This document shows, in pieces, positions 39,986-46,295 of a stretch of 46,295 nt of DNA (position 1 is the first letter of the stretch; the number at the start of each line of letters is the position of its first letter). Where the stretch lies: NCBI GenBank assembly GCA_040509895.1, contig JBEVKC010000142.1, forward strand, positions 1 to 46,295, given 5' to 3'. A program made the position numbers and the translations under genes. Source of the stretch: Novosphingobium sp. GTDB lineage: Bacteria; Pseudomonadota; Alphaproteobacteria; Sphingomonadales; Sphingomonadaceae. Below the pieces are notes generated by a model, which was not told the DNA's origin, made no database searches, and saw nothing but the letters and a program-made list of their open reading frames with translations.

Positions 39986-40014
39986 TCGAGTCCTGCCTGA
40001 GAAGAGGGTTGAGG

Positions 40015-40263
40015 ATGTTCACCAAGCTACGCCGTTTGTTCGTCATCAAGACCCGCGTCGAAGCCTATATGATCATCTACGCCCTGGCGCTTGGCGCGAT
40101 CGAGCGCGGAAGCGCCTATCTTGTGCAGTTTCCGGGATATGGTGGAAAGCTGCTGCTGCTCGCCTGCACCGGTGCGGTCTTCATGGCCGGCGCCAAGATC
40201 CTGGACTGTCTGCGCTATGAGCGTGAACGACGGGAAGCCGAAAAGGCTCAAATTCAAACCTGA
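40015..40263 (+). CDS. Small two-TM membrane protein (82 aa), hypothetical
   Basis: GAGGG/GAGG RBS, two hydrophobic segments, charged C-terminus, host-like codons and its own promoter. Confidence 0.75.
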   Translation: MFTKLRRLFVIKTRVEAYMIIYALALGAIERGSAYLVQFPGYGGKLLLLACTGAVFMAGAKILDCLRYERERREAEKAQIQT

Positions 40264-40271
40264 TTTCAATG

Positions 40272-40615
40272 AAGGTGGGGTGGTTCTGTTGCCCGGCCCA
40301 CCCCGGGCCGCTGGAATCCATTCTGTTGCCCGGTTGGCCCAACCGCGTTCTAACTTTGTAACTTCAGGGCGTTAGCCCCTAGAATTACGCTGCGAGAGCA
40401 AGTGCTTCGTTATCGTTGGCACTTATGAGTTTTGAGCCTTTAACGGGTTACTCAGCCCGGACGAAAACAGCGCCTTTGAACACACGTCGATCCTAGTTCG
40501 GCCCCGTCATTTCCTTCGAAAAACGAAGGAGGTGGTGGAGCCGCCGGGTACCGCCCCCGGGTCCGCTGCGTCTATTACACGCCGCAGTTTATCGCCATAT
40601 CCGGTCGAAACCGGC
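40272..40615 (-). ncRNA. ssrA: Circularly permuted two-piece tmRNA
   Basis: On the minus strand the acceptor piece ends ...CCGGGGGCGGTACCCGGCGGCTCCACCA (3' end 40533). An intervening hairpin follows (40532-40506), then the coding piece starting GGGGCCGAACTAGGATCGAC (40505). The tag ORF at 40420-40385 encodes ANDNEALALAA*. Outer ends approximate. Confidence 0.96.
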
Positions 40616-40620
40616 GAGAT

Positions 40621-40630
40621 CCTATATAGG
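40621..40630 (-). promoter_or_regulatory. Probable -10 element of the ssrA promoter
   Basis: CCTATATAGG contains the alphaproteobacterial RpoD -10 CTATAT just upstream of the acceptor piece. Confidence 0.55.
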
Positions 40631-40681
40631 GCGCTGAAGGAAAATGAAAAGAGCGACCTGCGCTCTTCCTGTCTCCGGCTG

Positions 40682-41098
40682 TCAGGATTTCTGCAGCGAA
40701 TCCCGGATTTCTGCCAGAAGTTCCACTTCCGTCGGGCCAGCCGCAGCGGGCGGCGGCATCATCCTGTTGGCCTGGCGAACGATCAGGAAAATCACGAAAG
40801 CCATGATGAGGAAGTTGATCAGCGCCGTGATGAACGCCCCATAGCCCAGCAGGGGAACGCCGGCAGCCTTCAGCGCCGCATAGTCCGAAAGCGAGCCCTT
40901 GTAGTCGGCGGGCGCGTTGCCCAGCATCACGAACTTGTTGGTGAAATCCATGCCGCCCGTCAGCTTGCCGATCACCGGCATGATGATGTCGTCGGTCAGC
41001 GAGGTCACGATCTTGCCGAATGCCGCGCCAATGATCACGCCCACTGCAAGGTCAAGCACATTGCCGCGTGCGATGAAGGTCTTGAACTCCTGAAACAT
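40682..41098 (-). CDS. mscL: Large-conductance mechanosensitive channel
   Basis: EFKTFIARGNVLDLAVGVIIGAAF, YGAFI...NF, LLAEIRD. Confidence 0.97.
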   Translation of the reverse strand: MFQEFKTFIARGNVLDLAVGVIIGAAFGKIVTSLTDDIIMPVIGKLTGGMDFTNKFVMLGNAPADYKGSLSDYAALKAAGVPLLGYGAFITALINFLIMAFVIFLIVRQANRMMPPPAAAGPTEVELLAEIRDSLQKS

Positions 41099-41250
41099 TT
41101 TGGTCGTCCTCGCTCTCTGAGCCGCTTTCATGCTGCCATGGAACGGCAAACGCCTCAATCGGCAGGCTCTCCTTGAATGACGCCGGTTCGACGCTACATT
41201 CCCCACCATTGCACGCTTCCGGCCGTGCCAAGTGAGAGGGAACAGACCGC

Positions 41251-41943
41251 ATGTCCATTTCGTTGAAATTGCAGCCTTTCCTTACCCGTTTTGCGCGTAC
41301 CGCATTGGTCGCCGCAGCGGCTACCAGCCTTGCTGCATGCGGCATCAACTCAGTGCCGACTGCCGAAGAGAACGCCAAGGCCAAGTGGGCCGACGTGGAA
41401 AGCGCCTACCAGCGCCGCGCCGATCTAGTCCCCAACCTCGTCGCCACCGCTGAAGGTGCGGCGAAGTCCGAGACGCAGATTCTCACCAACGTCACCAACG
41501 CACGCGCCGCAGCGACGTCGATCAACATCACCACCAACGACCTTTCCGATCCCGAGGCTTTTGAGCGCTTTCAGGGCGCGCAGAACCAGCTAACTCAGGC
41601 GCTGGGCCAGCTGCGCACTGTGGTCGAGAATTACCCCGACCTGCAGAGCCAGGCTCGCTTCGCTGACCTGATGACCCAGCTGGAAGGGACGGAGAACCGC
41701 ATCAACGTAGCCCGCACCCGCTATAACGAGGCGGTGCAGGAGTATAACACCACCATTCGCACCTTCCCCGACATCATCGGCGCCCGGCTGATCCACGGCG
41801 CAAAGCCGATGATTCCGTTCAGGGCCGACGCTGGTGCGTCAACCGCCCCGAAGGTGAACTTCGACATGGGCCCCGCACCTGCAGCCCGGACCGTGACGGA
41901 AGCCAACGACAACGCAGTCCAACCGACTGCAGCAGCGAAGTGA
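41251..41943 (+). CDS. lemA: LemA family protein, probable lipoprotein
   Basis: Lipobox LAAC, YQRRADLVPNLV, ENYPDL, LEGTENRI, YN..IRTFP. Confidence 0.93.
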   Translation: MSISLKLQPFLTRFARTALVAAAATSLAACGINSVPTAEENAKAKWADVESAYQRRADLVPNLVATAEGAAKSETQILTNVTNARAAATSINITTNDLSDPEAFERFQGAQNQLTQALGQLRTVVENYPDLQSQARFADLMTQLEGTENRINVARTRYNEAVQEYNTTIRTFPDIIGARLIHGAKPMIPFRADAGASTAPKVNFDMGPAPAARTVTEANDNAVQPTAAAK

Positions 41944-41965
41944 CCCTTAAACAGGACAACTGAAC

Positions 41966-42766
41966 GTGCGTGTCATCATGGCGTGGTTGCTGGCGCTTCT
42001 GGCTTTTGCCGGGGGCCCAGCCCTCGCCGAACTTCCGGCGCGTCCGAACGGGCCCATTCTTGATCAGGCCGGGATAATTCCGGCACCAGAAATGCAGGCG
42101 CTCGAGCAGCGATTGCAGGCCTACACCAAGGCGACCGGACGCTCGATTATCGTAGCGACGGTGAGCAACCTTGATGGGCTTCCCGTTGACGACTATGCGC
42201 AGAAACTGGCCGAGGCGTGGGACATTGGCGGCGCCCAGACCGAGGAAGGCGTTCTCCTGCTCGTCGCGCCCAACGAGCGCCAGATACGCATCCATACGGG
42301 CCGGGGCGTCCAGGATCGGCTTACGGACGCCCTGTCGGGCCGGATCATCCGGGACACCATGTCGCCACGCTTCAAGCAAGGCGACTTTGGCGGTGGGATC
42401 GCCGCGGGCGTCGATCAGATCATCGCTCAGCTTGATCGCTCCCCGGCCGACGCAAAGGCTGTTGCCGAAGCTGCTGCGGCGGCAAAAGCCAATGAGCAGC
42501 CGGAATCCGAAGGTGCGGGCAGCGTGATATTCTGGATACTGCTGATCCTCGTCTTTTCCTGGCTGTTTTCCGGCCGCAGGCGGGGCAGACGGAGTGGCAT
42601 TCATCCTGCCGTCGTTCTATGGGGTGCAAGCGAGGTCGGGCGCCATATGGGCGGTTGGGGTGGCAGCTCCGGCGGCGGCTTCGGCGGCGGTGGCGGAGGA
42701 GGTTTTGGCGGCTTCGGCGGCGGCGGAGGCGGTTTTGACGGCGGCGGCGCTTCAGGGAGCTGGTGA
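41966..42766 (+). CDS. TPM-domain (YgcG-like) membrane protein with Gly-rich tail
   Basis: ILDQAGII, GVLLLVAPNER, one TM helix, C-terminal GGGGFDGGGASGSW. Confidence 0.9.
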   Translation: MRVIMAWLLALLAFAGGPALAELPARPNGPILDQAGIIPAPEMQALEQRLQAYTKATGRSIIVATVSNLDGLPVDDYAQKLAEAWDIGGAQTEEGVLLLVAPNERQIRIHTGRGVQDRLTDALSGRIIRDTMSPRFKQGDFGGGIAAGVDQIIAQLDRSPADAKAVAEAAAAAKANEQPESEGAGSVIFWILLILVFSWLFSGRRRGRRSGIHPAVVLWGASEVGRHMGGWGGSSGGGFGGGGGGGFGGFGGGGGGFDGGGASGSW

Positions 42767-43443
42767 TGGCGGGCTATCTGTCAGACGATGATCACGCGCG
42801 CATTTCAGCTGCGGTCTCCGCTGCGGAGGCACACACGTCGGGTGAGATCGTCACGATCCTTACGCAAAGGTCGGACGGCTACACCGACGTCGCGCTGGCC
42901 TGGTCCGCGCTGGTGGCCTTCACCGCCATTGTCGTGCTGTCGCTGTTTCCGGACTTCTTTCTGGGCCTGTTTGACCGCGTGACTGGCAGTTGGGCCAACG
43001 ACTGGACGCCGGGCGAAATTCTCGCCCTCGCTGCCGGTGTAGGCATCATCAAATTCATTGGCATGCTCCTGCTCCAGCTCTGGCAGCCGTTGCGGTTCTG
43101 GCTCATCCCCGGTCCCATCAAGTCCGCGCGCACGCGGGCACGGGCGCTAACTTGCTTCAAGGTCGGCGCGGAAAGGCGGACGCAGGTGCGCACCGGCATC
43201 CTGATCTATCTTTCGATGCGCGAGCACCGCGCCGAAATCGTCGCTGATGAGACGATAGTCCGCCTGGTGGGCGATGCCCCTTGGGATGATGCCATGGCAG
43301 CAATGCTCGGCCACATACGGGAGGGACGTATCGCAGACGGCATGATCGCTGCCGTGGAAAAAGTCGGCGAAGTGCTGGCCCAGCACTGCCCGCGCGCCAG
43401 TGACGACACCAACGAACTTCCCGACAGGCTTATCGAAGTATGA
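42766..43443 (+). CDS. TPM-domain membrane protein (LemA-associated)
   Basis: AAEAHTSGEI, two TM helices, RTGILIYLS.REH, NELPD. TGATG coupling. Confidence 0.87.
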   Translation: MAGYLSDDDHARISAAVSAAEAHTSGEIVTILTQRSDGYTDVALAWSALVAFTAIVVLSLFPDFFLGLFDRVTGSWANDWTPGEILALAAGVGIIKFIGMLLLQLWQPLRFWLIPGPIKSARTRARALTCFKVGAERRTQVRTGILIYLSMREHRAEIVADETIVRLVGDAPWDDAMAAMLGHIREGRIADGMIAAVEKVGEVLAQHCPRASDDTNELPDRLIEV

Positions 43444-43982
43444 CTTTCCGCGACCAGGCCGATGAGCCGGAAGAAATCATGTGGCACGGCAAGTTCATCA
43501 CTGCCCGCAGACGCGGAAAGTGGGAATATGTCAGCCGCGCGCGCGGCATCCGCGCCGCTGTGATCTGTGCCGAGGACGAACAGGACCATGTCATTCTGGT
43601 CGAGCAGTTCCGCGTCCCCCTTGGCCGGTCCTGCATCGAGCTGCCCGCCGGCCTGATTGGCGACGACCAAGGTGCGGAAGGCGAAGACGCGATGGCAGCG
43701 GCCCGACGCGAGCTGGAAGAGGAAACCGGCTATCGCTCAGGCCGGATGGAAGTGCTGGGCGAGTACTATTCCTCACCCGGCATGGTGACCGAAAGCTTCA
43801 CCCTGCTGCGAGCACACGACCTCATCCGGGTAAGCGACGGCGGCGGCACTGAGGGCGAGAACATCACCGTCCATCACGTACCGCGCACCGGGATCGCCAA
43901 GGCGGTCGACGAATGGCGGGCGCAGGGATTGGGCATCGACGTCCGCCTGCTGATGCTGCTGGGGCCGTCGATACTCGGCTAG
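43440..43982 (+). CDS. NUDIX hydrolase (ADP-ribose pyrophosphatase-like)
   Basis: LVEQFRVP, ELPAGL...AARRELEEETGY, SSPG. ATGA overlap. Confidence 0.9.
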   Translation: MTFRDQADEPEEIMWHGKFITARRRGKWEYVSRARGIRAAVICAEDEQDHVILVEQFRVPLGRSCIELPAGLIGDDQGAEGEDAMAAARRELEEETGYRSGRMEVLGEYYSSPGMVTESFTLLRAHDLIRVSDGGGTEGENITVHHVPRTGIAKAVDEWRAQGLGIDVRLLMLLGPSILG

Positions 43983-46142
43983 CTACTTGGCAGCCCCCTT
44001 GGGCATCTTCAGCCCCGTCCAGTGTGCAAGGAAGGCAAGCACATCCGCCCCTTCCTCGATCGCCTTGTCTGTCGGCTTGCCTGATCCATGGCCCGCACGT
44101 GTTTCGATGCGGATCAGGTGCGGCTTGTCACCCGCCTCCGCTGCCTGAAGCTGCGCCGTGTACTTGAAGCTGTGCCCTGGAACCACGCGATCATCCGTGT
44201 CTGCTGTTGTCACGAGCACCGCCGGGTATTCTGTCCCCTGCCGAATGTTATGGTAGGGTGAGTAAGCCCGCAGGACGCGGAAATCGGCCTCGCGGTTGGG
44301 ATAGCCGTAATCGTCCACCCAATACCGGCCTGCGGTGAAACGGTCGAAGCGCAGCATGTCCATGACGCCGACTTGTGCATTGGCCGCAGCGAACAGATCC
44401 GGTCGCTGGTTCATCACGGCGCCGACCAGCAGGCCACCGTTGGAACCGCCCTGGATAGCAAGCCCGCCCTTGGGCGTGATGCCCTGGGCAATCAGGTACT
44501 CGCCAGCGCCGATGAAGTCGTCAAAGACGTTTTGCTTGTTGCCCAGACGTCCCGCATCATGCCACGCCTTGCCGTATTCCCCGCCGCCCCGCAGGTTGGC
44601 GAGAGCAAAGGCGCCGCCCGCCTCCAGCCATGCCATGCGCGCGGCCGAGAAAGCCGGCGTCAGAGAAACCTCAAAACCGCCGTAACCATATAGCAGCGTC
44701 GGCACAGGCTTACCCTCAGCAGCAGTGCCCTTCTTGCGGACAATGAAGAGCGGGATCTTCGTGCCGTCCTTCGACGGGAAGAAGCGCTGGTCGACATCGT
44801 ATTCGCGGGGATCGAATGTCAGCGCGGGCTCGGCAAAGGACTGAGTCTTTCCCGTCGTCAAATCCATGCGATAGATCGCCGCTGGCTGGTTGAAGCTGGT
44901 GAAGCTGTAGAAAGTCTCCGGATCACCGGGCTTGCCGCGAAAACCCGATGCAGTGCCGATGTCGTTCAGCGCCAGGCTCGTCGCTGACTTGCCTGACAGA
45001 TCATAGACCAGCGCCCGCGTCGAAGCATCCCTCAGGTAGGCAAGGATCAGCTTGTTACCGATGATCGTCGCCTGCTGCAGCGTCTCCGCACTTTCGCCAA
45101 CAAGCTCCTGCCAATCCGGCTTGCGCGCGGCGAGGTCTATCGAAACGAGACGATAGCGTGGGGCATTCCAGTTGGTCACGAACCACAGCCGGGTGCCCAT
45201 GCCGTCGACCAGCTTCCAGTCGTTCTCGAAGCCGCTGACCAACGCCTTCGCCGTCCAGCCATCGCGGCTGCGGCGATCCAAGTCTATTACGTGGACTTCA
45301 TAGCGGGAATCCGTCCCCTTCGAACTGGTTATGATCGCGTGGCGGCCATCCTCGGTGACTTCGGCGCTGTGACCGTTTTCAGGCTGGTCGGGCGTGGAAT
45401 AGACAAGCTCGTCCGCATCCTGCGCAGTGCCGATGCGGTGGAAATAAATCGCCTGATTGTAATTGCGCGCCTGGAAGTCCTGCCCTTGGTCCGGCTTGGG
45501 GAAGCGGGAATAGAAGAAGCCTTCGTTGCCGACCCATGCCAGCGTGGTAAACTTGGCCCAGCGCAGTTCGTCCGCCAACTGCTCGCCGGTCTGGACATCC
45601 AGAACCCTCAGGATGCGCCAATCGGTGCCCCCATCCTGTACGCTGTAGAGCAGGTAGCGCCCGTCTTCCGACGGCTTCCAATCATCAAGTGCCGTAGCCC
45701 CGTCCTTGGCCCAGCCGTTGGGATCGATCAGAAGGCGCGGCGTGCCTTTGAGGCCATCGCGGACGAACAGTTGTGACTGGTTCTGAAGGCCGGAATTGCG
45801 GGTGTAAAAGTATCGCTTTCCGGCTTTCACCGGCAAGCCAAAGCGCTCGTAGTCAATCAGTGCGCGAATGCGGTTCGCGAACCATGCCCTCTCCGGAAGC
45901 GTCTCCAGATAACCTTGGGTAACCTTGTTCTGGCGCTCAACCCAATCTGCGACCTCCTTGTCGCTGCGGACGTCATTTTCCAGCCAGCGATAGGGGTCTG
46001 CAACGCGCTCGCCGAACATTGTCTCGACGATGTCGTCCCGCCGGGTGTCAGGGTATTGGATCGGCTTCAAGGTTTCAGACCCTGCTTGTGCAGCCATGGC
46101 AAGGCACGCGAACGCGAGGGCCGCATGCGGCAGGCGAGGCAT
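43983..46142 (-). CDS. Prolyl oligopeptidase (S9A), exported
   Basis: Signal peptide, DPYRWLE, YGYGGF, ANLRGGGEYG, nucleophile GGSNGG, DDRV, AGHG. GGAGA RBS before ATG 46142. Confidence 0.95.
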   Translation of the reverse strand: MPRLPHAALAFACLAMAAQAGSETLKPIQYPDTRRDDIVETMFGERVADPYRWLENDVRSDKEVADWVERQNKVTQGYLETLPERAWFANRIRALIDYERFGLPVKAGKRYFYTRNSGLQNQSQLFVRDGLKGTPRLLIDPNGWAKDGATALDDWKPSEDGRYLLYSVQDGGTDWRILRVLDVQTGEQLADELRWAKFTTLAWVGNEGFFYSRFPKPDQGQDFQARNYNQAIYFHRIGTAQDADELVYSTPDQPENGHSAEVTEDGRHAIITSSKGTDSRYEVHVIDLDRRSRDGWTAKALVSGFENDWKLVDGMGTRLWFVTNWNAPRYRLVSIDLAARKPDWQELVGESAETLQQATIIGNKLILAYLRDASTRALVYDLSGKSATSLALNDIGTASGFRGKPGDPETFYSFTSFNQPAAIYRMDLTTGKTQSFAEPALTFDPREYDVDQRFFPSKDGTKIPLFIVRKKGTAAEGKPVPTLLYGYGGFEVSLTPAFSAARMAWLEAGGAFALANLRGGGEYGKAWHDAGRLGNKQNVFDDFIGAGEYLIAQGITPKGGLAIQGGSNGGLLVGAVMNQRPDLFAAANAQVGVMDMLRFDRFTAGRYWVDDYGYPNREADFRVLRAYSPYHNIRQGTEYPAVLVTTADTDDRVVPGHSFKYTAQLQAAEAGDKPHLIRIETRAGHGSGKPTDKAIEEGADVLAFLAHWTGLKMPKGAAK

Positions 46143-46231
46143 TTGTTGTCTCCAGAAACGCAAAAGGCGACCGCGAAGTTATCATTCGCGGCCGCCTTTG
46201 CAATTCATGCGGTGTTGATAATCCGGCGGAA

Positions 46232-46295
46232 TTATTCCGCGTCGGTCAGCACCGGACCTGAATCCTGGCCCTTGGCCGAGGTATCGCGGTCAACC
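46232..46295 (-). CDS. rplQ: 3' end of 50S ribosomal protein L17 (partial; gene continues beyond the window)
   Basis: The minus strand translates VDRDTSAKGQDSGPVLTDAE*, the characteristic alphaproteobacterial L17 C-terminus (VDRD..AKGQDSGP). Not in the ORF track. Confidence 0.8.
   Translation of the reverse strand, partial: VDRDTSAKGQDSGPVLTDAE

Noticed and set aside
40533-40565. tRNA-like 3' end (...CTCCACCA) as a tRNA gene or prophage att site
   Set aside because: It is the acceptor half of the permuted tmRNA. No anticodon arm, second copy or integrase was seen.
40532-41176. 214-aa ORF beginning MVEPPGTAPGS
   Set aside because: Reverse-strand translation of the tmRNA acceptor arm and mscL.
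41239-41264. GGAAC-N17-CGTT EcfG-like promoter
   Set aside because: It overlaps the lemA RBS and ATG, so a transcript from it would lack the start codon. Probably coincidental.
42650-42763. GGC-rich tandem-like repeat
   Set aside because: Encodes the ordinary Gly-rich tail of YgcG/TPM proteins. It is not a DNA repeat element or CRISPR.
46213-46221. DnaA-box-like TGTTGATAA
   Set aside because: A single mismatched 9-mer that also occurs inside pepA. No cluster or origin context.

Overview
A GC-rich alphaproteobacterial chromosome segment that looks sphingomonad (Novosphingobium/Erythrobacteraceae-like), judged by the permuted two-piece tmRNA with tag ANDNEALALAA and by gene content. Most of it is core genome: purS-purQ, glmS-glmU, cysE, hdaA-purM-purN, ndk-holC-pepA, lptD-surA-pdxA-rsmA, acyP, glcB, M20-astA-astB, ssrA, mscL, lemA-TPM-TPM-NUDIX, a prolyl oligopeptidase and the 3' end of rplQ. 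The one accessory-looking block (2.9-8.1 kb) is a redox/catabolic cluster. It holds an ICL/PEP-mutase-family enzyme with a non-canonical active-site loop, two SDRs, two luciferase-like (LLM) oxidoreductases, an internally deleted TetR remnant and a FadR/GntR-type palindrome. Other notable signals are a consensus sigma-54 promoter in front of an uncharacterised 82-aa membrane protein, a tmRNA-tag-like C-terminus on LemA about 1.3 kb from ssrA, a PurN-YjbR fusion, a triple Pho box upstream of an OprO/P porin, and an apparent ATG->AAG start loss in the M20 hydrolase. I saw no CRISPR array, integrase, transposase, rRNA or tRNA. All calls come from motif reading and family knowledge; no database searches were run.
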